From positions 1-58,947 of the forward strand of contig JAUCBJ010009085.1 of NCBI GenBank assembly GCA_032718475.1: a stretch of 58,947 bases of DNA. The letters run 5' to 3'. The translations under genes were made by a program, and so were the position numbers. Positions 1-12,100 of the stretch are shown in pieces (within the stretch, counting starts at the first letter, position 1; each line of letters begins with the position of its first letter). This DNA comes from Nemertoderma westbladi (Eukaryota > Animalia > Xenacoelomorpha). The notes beneath the pieces were generated by a model. It saw only the letters and a program-made list of their open reading frames with translations. It was not told the DNA's origin and did not search any database.

Positions 1-65
1 CTAAATTAATTTGGCAATTATTAAAACTCGTGTGCAACTCGTTCAAAATATACTCATCTCAACAC

Positions 66-339
66 TGTAGGGATACCATCCAGCCCGGATTCATTACTAC
101 GTGGCTCGCCCCAATATGGTAGTCCTTGTATATACACCAATATACTTTCAGTATCACGGCGCAGTCAACAGTCAGACAGTGTGGGATACTGTAGGTTGCA
201 CGTTATGTACTGTCAGACTGTAGTGCATACAGTGCTGCCTAGCCAACAGCAGCACCGCTTACCGGTTATGATAACAATTTACGAATACAATATGATTGCA
301 GCCCGATAGTTGTATTTTCCGACTCATCATATTACCACA
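66..339 (+). repeat. Gypsy 5' LTR (274 bp)
   Basis: TGTAGGG...TACCACA, repeated at 4290-4416 plus 13371-13538. Confidence 0.95.
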
Positions 340-348
340 TGGCGCAGT
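340..348 (+). promoter_or_regulatory. Primer-binding site, probably tRNA-Ser
   Basis: TGGCGCAGT immediately after the LTR, complementary to a tRNA 3' end ...ACUGCGCCA. Confidence 0.75.
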
Positions 349-411
349 GCTCGGTCACTGCTACTGAGTTCAGCAGTTGAACCGCAGGAAGTTTCCCCAT
401 CCACCGGTACC

Positions 412-1110
412 ATGCGACCTAGCTGCTACTGCTACGCTACTACTACGAGTAAGCCTACTGCCTTCGCTGCACTCCAGGTGGGCGCGGCCCATCCCGGTGG
501 TGCAGATCCGGTGCTCCATGCCGAGGGACCGGTTTCCGTTCCGCAACCACGTCGTCGCGTTATCGACCTTCAAGGGCTGGAGAAGATAGACGGCGACATC
601 GAGTTTACCTCGTTCCGTCGGTGGCGCCAGGCCTGGCGGGTGCACGCCAGGAACTGAGCTGCTGAAGGTCCTCCCCCAACCAACTCTTGAAGACTGCGTT
701 CGTATCTGCCAGTCTTTCGAGGTGAGCGAGAGCGCAATGACACGATCATCGGCTGTGGTAAGCCGATCACCAAGGTGACATCTGCCTACAAACGCGGAGG
801 AGGCCCTATTCAGCAGCCGTCCACATTGCGATCATCCAGTGCCGCGGGTGCGTGTCGGAACTGTGGAAGGAAGCACCCTACCGGGAGAGCAAACTGTTCT
901 GCTAAGGACGCACAGTGCAGACAATGCGGCAGGGTCGGCCACTTCAAGGGGAGCTGCCGATCTGGGCCCGACCCCGGAGGTAAACCCAAGACTAAGGAGC
1001 CATCAGGGGTCAACACGATTACAGGAGGTGGAGCGACAATAAATTCAATCAGCTTCGCATGCGTTCTCCCCCGCATAACGGTCAAGGTCTTTGGCCTCAA
1101 CAACGACGGG
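412..1110 (+). pseudogene. gag: Gypsy gag, frameshifted and apparently internally deleted
   Basis: N-terminal IDGDIEFTSFRRWRQAW, then PTLEDCVRICQSFE in another frame, then two knuckles CRNCGRKH...C and CRQCGRVGHFKGSC (Mag-type arrangement). Confidence 0.8.
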
Positions 1111-3260
1111 TGTGCGGAAAGATCCGCAACGTCCTCGCCGACAGTGGCGCGGCCGCCACCATCCTCAGCCAGGACATTTACAGCCGGATGGGCGGCAGCA
1201 CCCAGGATCTCATACAGCATCCCTCTGCGGATCTACGTGCCGCCAACCACCTCCACCTCGAAATCGTGGGATTCTTTCCGGCCAGAGTTGACTATGGCGG
1301 ACATTCGGTGGCGATGAACATCGGGATCTCGCCGGAAGTCGACGGGTTGATCCTCTCCTTCCAGGCAATCGTCGACTTGAAACTCATCCGCCGCGACTTT
1401 CCTCAACCCATCGCCTCGGTAACAGCGGTGAAGGTGTCAATGGCGCTCCTGCAGATCCGCACGAATCTGCTCCGCGAGTTCGCCGATGTTTTCGACGACT
1501 CCAACAAACCGCTTGGCACAATGGCCGGCGAACCAATGCGGATCGAGTTAAAGGAGGGCGCAACCCTGTTCCACGCCAATGGCGCACGACCGATCCTCTT
1601 CGCGTTGCGAGACGTGGTCCAGGCAGAACTCTGCGAAATGGAACAGCGCGGAGTAATCGAGCGGGTCACTGAACCCACGGACTGGGCCCACCCGCTTACT
1701 GTCGCATGCAAACCCAACGGGAAACTCCGGGTTTGTGTGGACCTCCGCCACCTAAACAACCAGGTGAAGCAGCCGTACTACCCCACCCCAAGCCCGCGCG
1801 TGGCAGTAACAGGGACTTTGACCACAGTGCAGATCTTCTCTGTGTTTGATGCGGCCTCCGGCTATTGGCAGGTCCCCCTTGAGTCGACATCCCAACTCCT
1901 CACCACATTTGTCACCCGATGGGGGCATTACAAATATACGAGGAGTGTGATGGGACTCGTTTCGAGCGGGGACGAGTTCAATCGCCGCGGCGACGATGCG
2001 CTGCGGGGCCTTCCAGACATGGTAAAAGTCGTTGACAATGTGTTGCTATACAGTGACAACCTCGACAACCACATTGCCAGTGTCCGGAAGTTCCTCCAGC
2101 GGTCCCGCGATGCCGGCATCTCACTCAACCCCGACAAGATCCAGTTTGCCCAACGCGAAGTCAAATTCGCGGGTTACGTCGTCGGGGCCGACGGAATCCG
2201 GGCCGACCCGGCCAAGGTAAGGGCCATCGCGGGTTTCCCTCGACCGACCAACATCACCGACTTGCGGAGTTTCGTCGGGTTGGTCGAGCAACTCGCCCCG
2301 TTTTCAACGGACATTTCCACCACGATGTCTCCTCTCCGACCCCTCCTCCGGTCCCACAACACATACCATTGGAACTCAGACCACGAGGAGGCATTCTCAG
2401 CAACGAAATGCGCCCTAGTCTCCCCACCCATCCTCACTCCCTTCGAGCCGGAACTCAAAACGACGCTCGAGACCGATGCCTCCCGGAAGAATGGGTTGGG
2501 GTACGCACTCCTCCAGCGGTATGGAACCGACTGGAGGCTCGTCGAGTGTGGCTCCCGTTTTAGAACGGATACAGAGTCACGCTACGCGATGGTGGAGCTC
2601 GAGTTGCTCGCCGTCGCCTGGGCCACCCACAAGTGTCGTCTATACCTTGTGGGCCTCCCTCACTTCAAACTAGTGGTGGACCACCAGCCGCTGTTGTCGA
2701 TCCTGGACCGCCAGACTATCGACACCACGGACAACACGAGGATCCAGCGGTTGAAATCCAAACTGTCGTCATATGTATTTACAACCATATGGAGGAAAGG
2801 GAAGGAACACCGCATCCCCGACGCGTTGTCCCGATCCACAGTGGACGACCCGACCTCCGACAATCTCGTTGTCAACAGGGACATGGGCCACTATCTACAC
2901 GCTGGGACATCACAGGCGGCCGACGTCATACTGGAGGACTCCGACTCGGCGGAAGACAACCCCGCCTTCTCCGCCGCACATTGGCAACGACGGCACGGAG
3001 CAACCCCGACTACATCACCCTCCTCGACGCCATTCAGGCTGGGTTCCCGCCACCCTCCCCTCAACTCCTGGGAGTCCAACCCTACTGGTCTATCCGGGAC
3101 AAACTCTCAGCCGACCACGACCTGGTGCTGTATGGACAGCGAATCGTGGTCCCACGGGCCGCACGACGGGAAACACTGGCTCGCCTCCACGCCGCCACCA
3201 GGGAGTCGAAAAGACTCTGCGGCGGGCCCGCCAGATGGTCTACTGGCCCGGGCTAACTAA
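1059..3260 (+). pseudogene. pol: Gypsy pol: protease, reverse transcriptase and RNase H
   Basis: VLADSGA protease; LRVCVDLR and FDAASGYWQ; catalytic box reads VVDN instead of xxDD; RNase H LETDAS and VDHQPL; frameshift near 2975. Confidence 0.93.
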
Positions 3261-4247
3261 CGACATCCGGACTACTGTCGCCTCATGCGAGCCGTGCATA
3301 ACATACCGGCCCAGCCTCGCCAAGGAGCCACTCCTACGTGACCGCGAGGCCACACGACCGTTCGAGGAGATCGCAGGTGATCTTTTTAAACTCAATGGCA
3401 AACACTACCTCACCACCGCAGACCGCTACTCGGGGTGGCCCGAGGTATATGGGTACAGTAGCTACCCCACGGCCGCCTCCACAGCCGTACACATCCGGGA
3501 CATCTTCATCCGGTTTGGTGTCCCCACGCGTTTCGCTTCTGACGGCGGCCCACAGTTCGAAGAAAGAACTTTACGGATTTCCTAAGCGTCTGGGGAGTCG
3601 AGCCTATCACATCCTCCCCAGTTTACCCACAGAGTAATGGCCTTGCGGAGTCCGCTGTCAAGGCGACTAAGGCGTTACTAACTAAGACAGGGGGGAAACT
3701 GGACTCATCGTCATTCCAGGAGGGACTCCTGGAACTTCGCAACTTCCCACTCACCCACGGAAAGTCGCCGCCTGAGATCCTGTTCGGTCACCCAGTATGC
3801 ACTCGGGTGCCTACACATAGCCGGGCTTTCCTCGCCGACCACCAGACAACCCGTACGGAGCTCGACCAGGCACTGCCCTCGCTCCTAAAATCCCAGACAG
3901 CCACATACAATCGTGGCGCGCGACCCCTACCCCCCTTAGCGGTAGGGACACTTGTGCGGGTTCAGAACCCTACATCGAAACATTGGGACCGCACCGGGGT
4001 CATTGTGGAATCCAATCCCAACCGGAAGTACAGCGTTCGGACGCCTTCCGGTTGGTGCCTCACCCACAACCGCCGCCACCTCATCCAGGACACGGCCACT
4101 GGCATCAACGACGGCTCCAGTGCCGCCACGCCCCGTCCAACGCCACAGAAGGGCGTTCACTGGGCTGACGAACAAGCCAGTGCGTCTCCCGATCGGCCAT
4201 GCCGTTCCTACCCACGCCGCCGAAGGAAACCACCCAATAGACTATGA
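2975..4247 (+). pseudogene. Gypsy integrase, frameshifted
   Basis: HQG...VYWPGL...CEPC zinc domain, DLF, SDGGPQF, SNGLAESAVK and a GTLVRVQ...W C-terminal module spread over several frames. Confidence 0.9.
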
Positions 4248-4279
4248 TAGTTTGTGGATTGTGGGTGCACCAACAAACT

Positions 4280-4289
4280 AGAAAGGGGG
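4280..4289 (+). promoter_or_regulatory. Polypurine tract of the Gypsy element
   Basis: AGAAAGGGGG directly before the TG of the 3' LTR. Confidence 0.9.
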
Positions 4290-4416
4290 TGTAGGGATAC
4301 CATCCAGCCCGGACTCATTACTACGTGGCTCACCCCAATATGGTAGTCCTTGTATATACACCAATATACTTTCAGTATCACGGCTCAGTCAACAGTCAGA
4401 CAGTGTGGGATACTGT
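4290..4416 (+). repeat. Gypsy 3' LTR, first part
   Basis: Matches 66-192 with 3 substitutions and stops at the ACTGT LINE insertion site. Confidence 0.95.
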
Positions 4417-4592
4417 CCAGCCCCCAGCATCTGATATTACTACAGAAGTATTACTGTACGACTACAGATCTGCTGTACGACTGCTATACTGCTGTACCGG
4501 TTTTGCCTAACTTACACAGTACAGCAGTATTAAGAACGTGGGCTTACCCTACTATTTATATTTATCTTCTTCGCGTGAATGCCAACTTCACT

Positions 4593-5804
4593 ATGGCGCG
4601 AGCGGCGGAGCCTGATATCTGCAACTGCAATCATATAAAGAACGACGTACTTGCCTACATCTGGGCATCTCATGTTGCCGAGGCGCAAACGCGCGATACA
4701 ATAATTGCTATCGTTCAATCTTGGCCGAAGTTTAACGACGCACTGTTGAAGGAGGCAAAGACTGTTCTCCTCGGGCTAATCCCTTCTTCGGATAGGAACA
4801 AGTCCAAGCAAAGCTTCTCTAAAGTTCGCCAGAATGGTGACTCCTTACGGCGAAATCTGGTCGTCGACATCCTAGATATGTTCGAGTATCCGGGATTCTG
4901 TGACAGAGGTTCCGCCTCCGATAACTCTACTGCTACTCGTATTCCTGAATTTATTCCGGTCAACCTAGCGAGTCTTCCACCGTTTTCTTTAGGCAGCGCT
5001 GACATCTCTATGCTGTGTCGAACCGTCAGCATGCTGCAGGACAGGGTCGCTGTTCTCGAGGCAAACTACGGGCGACAGGAGGCCCCTCTTGCTTCTCAAA
5101 CAGCTGCGTTATGTACAGGCAAGAAAGGTGGTTCGGTCGTTACTCCTTCTCCTTCGGAACCACGGATTCACTCCTATGCTGACAAAGCTAAAACCACGAA
5201 TGCTACCTGGAATAATTCATCCGCTGCTGGTAGCATGATCGTTATTGACGATGATGATAGTTTTGCTGTTGTAGGTGCAGACGGCAAACATCGGGCGGCG
5301 AAACCCGTAGCGTCTAAGCATCCACGACATGCCGGAAATAACAACGTTGCTAAGTCTAACCCCGGCGGCCGAAAACCGCAACGGAGGAAGTTTATTGAAG
5401 GCGCATCTTCGTCAACTGCGCTCAGGACAGTGCAGCCTATTAGAAAACTGTATTTAACTGGGCTCGGCATCGAGGTTGTGCCTAAAGATATCGAAGCATA
5501 TATAAAAGATACTGTTGATCTAAACGTTTCAGTCGAACTGGTTAATAGGGAAGGTGCCACGCAGTCTTCTTTTATCTTAACGTGCAAAGATAACGAGCGC
5601 GAAACTCTTTTTAACCCCACCACATGGCCTCGACATGCTAGAATCAACTCTTATTTCCCTCCGAAGAATCGGCGTCCGGTAGCTCCACAGGTCCCTGGGT
5701 CTTCCTCGGGACTCCTGCCCAGCGGTGACTCTGTTATGTCAGGTACCCAGGTCGTCTTGACCAACACTTCGGAATCTACTCAACCAATAGGTTTGTCCAC
5801 GTAG
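4593..5804 (+). CDS. LINE ORF1 protein (coiled coil plus C-terminal RRM-like domain), intact
   Basis: ATG at 4593, 403 aa. NDVLAYI N-terminus and KLYLTGL...SSFILTC...LFNPTTWP motif typical of LINE ORF1. Confidence 0.85.
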   Translation: MARAAEPDICNCNHIKNDVLAYIWASHVAEAQTRDTIIAIVQSWPKFNDALLKEAKTVLLGLIPSSDRNKSKQSFSKVRQNGDSLRRNLVVDILDMFEYPGFCDRGSASDNSTATRIPEFIPVNLASLPPFSLGSADISMLCRTVSMLQDRVAVLEANYGRQEAPLASQTAALCTGKKGGSVVTPSPSEPRIHSYADKAKTTNATWNNSSAAGSMIVIDDDDSFAVVGADGKHRAAKPVASKHPRHAGNNNVAKSNPGGRKPQRRKFIEGASSSTALRTVQPIRKLYLTGLGIEVVPKDIEAYIKDTVDLNVSVELVNREGATQSSFILTCKDNERETLFNPTTWPRHARINSYFPPKNRRPVAPQVPGSSSGLLPSGDSVMSGTQVVLTNTSESTQPIGLST

Positions 5805-6539
5805 CCAACTGCGCAACTGGGCTATATTCCATGTATTATCGTGTATTTTTAATAACCCGACATCTTTTCCTTTTATAAATATATATTTTTATACTATTAA
5901 TTCCTTTTTATCATCTTACTAGTGTTTTCAATGGCGAATAATAATATGAAACTTAGTTTAACTTCATACAATTGTAACTCTATTAAAAATGCGGCTTCGC
6001 AGAAAATTATTTTCAATTTGTGCGAATCAGGAACCGATATTTTATTCCTGCAAGAACTGTGTATAACCAAACAGGAGCTTGGTATTGTTAATAATTTACA
6101 CCCTGGTTTTCTAGGTGTTGGTGTATCTCCTGTTTGCAGTAGTTCTGGTATACTATCCGGGCGCCCTTATGGTGGAGTAGCCGTAGTGTACAGAAACACA
6201 ATTGCACACGCTGTTAACGTTATTCAATTTAATGATTCACGATTTATTGGTGCAGTTGTTAACCACTGGGGTGTTTTGACCATTAGCACCACTGGGGGGG
6301 GGGGGGGGGGGGGGGGGGCGATTCGGCCCACCCACTATATTTTTGTAGTCGTCCAATGAAATCCTACAAAATTTGGGCTGTTGGTGATACAACTATAGAT
6401 GAACACTACCAAACCTTAAAAAGTTAAAATTTCATAAGCAGGGACTCATAATTTTGATGAAAAATAGAAGTAGTCCCAGGACAAAATTACAAAAATTTTC
6501 GTTTTCAAAAAACTAATAGTGTGGCAGTGTTGGCTAGTT

Positions 6540-7330
6540 TTAGTAGGTTTTTCAAGACGCTGAATCGAATGTGATTATATTCCACTTCCAAAAATTGAAG
6601 TGGATGCTATTTTTCGTACACCTAAGAAGTGGGCGTGGCACTTCAAATTTTGAAAAATTAAATATTCAGAAAATGCCCCTAATTTTTTTATTTCAACGCA
6701 TCTTTATGGGTTTTCTGGGCCGCTGAATCGATCGAAAGTAATATAGAAGCCTGAAGACTGAGTGGTTCGCCATTTTTGGTGCACCAAAATTAGGGCGTGG
6801 CTCTTCAAATTTTGAAAAATACGAGATTCGGAAAATAAACCAAAATTGAAAGGATTTGAGGCTTCTATATTACTTTCAATCGATTCAGCGCTCCAGAAAA
6901 CCTATAAAATTAATTTGAAATCAAAACTTTAGTGAATTTTCCAAATCTCGTATTTTTCAAAATTTGAAGTGCCACGCCCTAATTTTGGTGCACCAAAAAT
7001 GGCGAACCACTAAGTCTTCAGGCTTCTATATTACTTTCAATCGATTCAGCGCTCCAGAAAACCTATAAAAATGCTTTGCAAATCAAAACTTTAGTGTATT
7101 TTCCGAATCTCGTATTTTTCAAAATTTGAAGTGCCACGCCCTAATTTTGGTGCACCAAAAATGGCGAACCACTAAGTCTTCAGGCTTCTATACTACTTTT
7201 AATCGATTCAGCGCTCCAGAAAACCAATAAAAATGCTTCGAAATCAGAACTTTAGTAAATTTTCCGAATAAAGTAATTTTGAAATTTTAAAGTGCCACGC
7301 CCTATATTTGGTGCTCCAAAAATGACGTAC
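6540..7330. repeat. Array of ~160-bp units, about two in one orientation then three inverted
   Basis: GGGCGTGGC..TTCAAATTTTGAAAAAT and its reverse complement; AGGCTTCTATATTACTTTCAATCGATTCAGCG recurs near 6859, 7020 and 7182. Confidence 0.85.
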
Positions 7331-9067
7331 CACTACACTTACATACTTGTATAGAGCATTAGAGTGATCCAAACCAATAAAAATAAATAAAAATAGCCCA
7401 AACATAAATAATTACTAAATCACGAATGACTATGTAAAATTCGAAAATTTCAAAAAATTTGGTGCTGGAGACCAAATTTTGAGGTGGCACCCACATCGAA
7501 AAGTAGAAATCCAATTGCAACGGCGTTTTTTGCAAAAGATGCGGCATTAAATTTGGCTAATTCTCACAAAAAATTGGGCCGGTACGTAATGTGGTTGCAT
7601 AGTTACAGCAACTAAAAACTAGGTGGGATAAATATTTCTCCATTTGACGCAACACCGCCGCGGCCGCTATGAGGGAGGTGAATACCGCGGCCGCTCCTAA
7701 AGCCGCAGGCCATCGCTAACTATATAGGTTAACTTGGGATTCTGGGGGACTTTTCGATGAAGGAACTGACCAAATTTTTTCATTTTCTCACCAGGGGAGC
7801 GGCTCGGAATTCTAAGATATTAGCAACTCTAACATTATTAAATCTAACCCTTCGACGGACACGGCGGACAAAAAACCGTCATTTTTTCGACAATTTTAAA
7901 AATTTTTTGAAAGGCGCTCTACAGTGGCTCGAAAAAACCCTAGGTTATTGCTTAGCCGACGCCGGGATACGATAGAAGGGATTAATTAGTGAATTCGTTT
8001 TTTTTTTCAAAAAAGATTACCACGCCTTTTTTCCGAAAATGTCCGTCAAAGTTGAAAAAACGGACAAAATGACTTTGCGGGATCCGCTATAACTCGGCTA
8101 ATATTAATCGTACGGGGACAAAAGTAACGCGGTTGGAAAGGGGAAGAGTGGTACTACCTTCGTATCGAATGGGGGTAAGACATTTATTAAAATTTCGGGT
8201 GGAAAAAGGGGCTGTAAATTTGTACGTTTTTGTCCGTCTTTTTTGGAAAACTTATTTCCGAAAAGTTTAATTCGACAACGCGGGTAGGAATCCACTAATT
8301 CTTTTATGAAACTCGTAGAAGACCATTGGGGATACGTTCCTATCGAGTGGGGGTACAAAAAATATGTCGGCAATAGGGGCCAAAAAGGGCCAGAATTTGT
8401 AAAGTAGTTTTTATCGAATAATTTTTTATTTTTAACTTTAGTTGGTTAAGGTACATTCTATACAATCAATATCTATACGGGGAATTCAAATATGCTATCG
8501 GTTTTGCTCCAAGGATGATATTAAAAAAATGAGGGCCAAAATTATAATTTCGCGCTTCAAACTTGCTTCGCGGGAAATCGTCTAACTCAAAAACTACTTA
8601 ACTTACGGGAGATTTGTTTACACAGACTTATAGTGCGTTAAATTATCTATCTAACAGCGTTAATCACAGCGCCGGAGGTATTATAGAACTGGAGCGGCAG
8701 GCGATCGTGTGAAATATAATATTTATAAAAAGGGACGAATTTTTTTTAACAAATCGCTATTCCATTATAATTTAGCGTATTGCGCCAAAAGTACCTGTAA
8801 AAAGTATCAAATTAACTCCGCTATCTTTTATCTTAACATATATAATTAAAATTACGAATTTTAAGGGTCGAAAAATATCGCGTTATTTTGGCCCTTTTTT
8901 TAATTTTTTTGGGGCCAAAAATAACCCCTTCTCAAAAGATTAAGAAAAAAATTACGGCAAAGAATATACCAATTTTATTGAATTTGGACCACCAGAACCG
9001 AAGTTAGAGCGATTTTAGTGAAAAAATAAAAATAATTTTTTTTGCAAAAAAATTAAGAATGGTCAGG

Positions 9068-9138
9068 TCAATATTGGATTTCGAACCCGCGAACTTAGGT
9101 TTCATTAACGTGATTGATAACCACTAGACTATGTGAGC
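9068..9138 (-). pseudogene. tRNA-derived sequence (Pol III A/B boxes), not a functional tRNA
   Basis: Minus strand reads GCTCACATAGTCTAGTGG...GCGGGTTCGAAATCC; anticodon and acceptor arms do not pair properly. Confidence 0.55.
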
Positions 9139-12100
9139 AAGTGAATTTGAAATTTTCGAGTGACTATTTTTAAACATAAATAACTTCGGTTCTACAGGGC
9201 CGTTTAATCTGAAACTTTTTTCATTGTATAGAGAATAGATTGTAGTGTGTGAAATAGGATAAAACTTGGGAAAAGACGCATGTGCACTTAGTGCAAAATA
9301 CACTTAAATAGTGAACATTTTTTCGATATTTCAAACACTATTATTTCCAGTTCTATTCATCGTAGAATGTTATTTTTTGGATTAAAATGTAGTTTGGAAT
9401 GATTTCTAACTATAATCGTAACATTTGTTTAACTTTTTATGTCTATAAAATGACTTAAAATGTCCATGAATATGGTCCAAAATCGCAAATCCAGATTTAT
9501 TAAATTGGATTTTTGACACTTTTAGCGACTGACACTTGATCATACACCATCGTAGATCGGTAGAGGATAAACATAAGTTTGTTAAATAAGAGCCACCATT
9601 ACGATCTGCTAAAGTGCATTTGTACAAATAAGTGTGCAAAAGTGCAAATTTTTTAATAAGGTCAAATTATATAGTATTGGGTTCTTTTCTTTGCAGATAC
9701 TTTATTTTCATATTAATATGTTGTTTGAACCTTACTGAGCGCATTAGGGGATATGCGTACAAATAACCGGCCCTTATGAGGCTTCGATTGGGTAAATTAA
9801 TAAAACATAAGGTTGTATAGTATAATATTCTAAAAACCAGTGTGATATTAAATGCACTTAAAACAATAAATAGAGATCAAACAACAAATGGACCACACAA
9901 TTAAAAACTCGCACAATTTTGTACTTATTATATCGCTTCAAATTAATTCAACAGTGGATATTTGGGGAAAGGGGGAAGCTACAGTGTGCATTCGGGGGAA
10001 GTTTGGTGAACTGCATTTATGCAGTGAATCCAAACTTCCCCCTTTGATATATCATATACTTAAGACATGCTAGGGTGACGGGGAAATATTTGTTACTGTC
10101 ACACTTTGCTTCCATTTATCCTATCCTTTATTATTACCCCAGTCAGATAAGAGATAATAAATCAGTAAAAACTAAACTAAACTGTCTTTCATGCAAACAA
10201 ATTTCTAACTAAAGACGGGTGAATGACCATGACCATGGAAATAATTTTAAATATAATTGTATATCAACTATTTGGGGAGGCTTCCAAGTTAAACCCGAAA
10301 ACAATTATTTTGTTACATATAGTAAATAACGTTGTATGTTCTTCTTCCTCTCATAATAAAATATAAATGAAATATCTCAGATCGCTATGCCCTGTAACAT
10401 TTCACAACCAAAATATTTAAGTGTGAAAAGTGTAGGCCTACCACACTCCGCCCAAACAACCGCAAACGCATAGCCAACAAATTTAACAAAAGGTTACATA
10501 CATGTTGGGTTCATGACGAGATGAGTGAAAATTGATCGCGTAATATAAAGTAAAAAATTAAGAGACGGGCTGGCTCTCCTCCACTTTCTTACCCAATGGA
10601 TATGTTGTTGTAATAATCTAATATTGGGGCGGCTTTCTCTCGGAAGGGGCCGATTCGGCCCCCCCCCCCCCCAGTGGTAATAGGGTTAACCTCAGTAATT
10701 TACATAAACTATTAATACTCAATGTTTATATGCCTTACCAATGTGCAGAAAATGACACATTGTATACAAGTTGCCTGGGTGAGATAAAATCCATTTATGA
10801 ATCAATTGGTTTTACTAACTTTTGCATTTTTGGTGATTTTAATGCTCATCCAGATATTTCGCGCTCTTTTTATGCTCACCTTACCGAATGGTGCAATAAC
10901 GAGGGGTTAATAATATTAGATATTGAACATCTGCCTTCGGACACCTTTACGTACATAAGTGACGCACACTCCAGCACATCTTGGCTGGATCATATTGTGT
11001 GTCCTCCATCTACTGGTAGTATTATTAGTTCAGTTTCTGTGGACTATTCACTGTCTATTAGAGACCACATGCCTCTAGTTGTAGATTTTTCAGTTTATAT
11101 TTCCCCCTCGCCTGCAATTAAAGCTAATTGTACTTGTAACGCATCTCCCAGGTGCCCCAAGTTGGATTGGTGTAAGACATCTCCTGAGTCACTTAATAAT
11201 TATGCTTTTAAAGTTAAAAGCCAACTTGATACCTATTTTGTTGATAATGAATTTGTAAACTGTACAGATCCACATTGCAGTAATAGTTCTCATAGAATCG
11301 ATATTGATAATATTTTTAACTTTATAGTTAATACTTTAAACACTTGTGCTAATGAAACTATTAAATGTAAAACGTCTGTGTCATCTTCTAAACGCCACAT
11401 CCCTGGGTGGAATGACTTTGTACGCGAGAAACATGACGACGCCAGAAATAAGTTTTTATCCTGGAGATCAGCCGGGTCTCCCAGGCAAGGTTATATTCAC
11501 GATAATTAGCTGCGGTCGAAAGCCAATTTTAAACGAGCGCTCAGGGCATGTAAGCGTGATGAACAGAACATACGTGATACTAAATTAGCTGAGTCTTTAT
11601 TGGGCAGTACTTCAAATAAAGGTAACCCAATAAAGAACTTTTGGTCTGATGTACACAAATGTTGCTCGGAAACAACTGTACTACCGAATAAAGTAGGCGA
11701 CGCAGTTGGTCCCGAACAGATTTGTGGGTTGTGGAAAGATCATTTTTGTGATCTATTTAATTCAGTATCTGATGACAGTAGTAAGGAATTTGTAACTAAT
11801 AAGTTATCGGGAACTACTTTTAGTAAAACAAATAAGGTAGTAGTTAATGAAATATTTGAAGCTATTAATAGTTTGTGTAGCGGTAAGGCAATAGGCCCTG
11901 ATGGCCTTGAAGCTGAGCATTTTATCCATGGGTGCTGTGTACCACTGTTGAATATTTTAACTCTATTTTTTAACTTAATTTTCAGCCATGGTTATATTCC
12001 CCAGCTTATGATGGAATCCGTTATTATTCCTTTAATAAAGGATAAAACCGGGGACCATACAAGCAAAGATAATTATAGGGGTATTTCGATAGCTACTGTT

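Larger units (their letters stand above)
6263..10685. mobile_element. Non-autonomous TTAA-inserting DNA transposon (piggyBac-like), 4.4 kb
   Basis: TTAA at 6259-6262 and 10686-10689. Imperfect inverted ends ACCACTG(G)n...CGATTCGGCCC and GGCCGATTCGG(C)nAGTGGTAATAGGG. No transposase ORF. Confidence 0.85.

Noticed and set aside
4350-4592. N-terminal extension of ORF 4350-5804 as an LTR-LINE fusion protein
   Set aside because: It has a non-ATG start inside the LTR and runs through the LINE 5' UTR by chance. The ATG at 4593 fits ORF1.
9068-9138. Functional tRNA gene
   Set aside because: A and B boxes are present but a cloverleaf cannot be completed.
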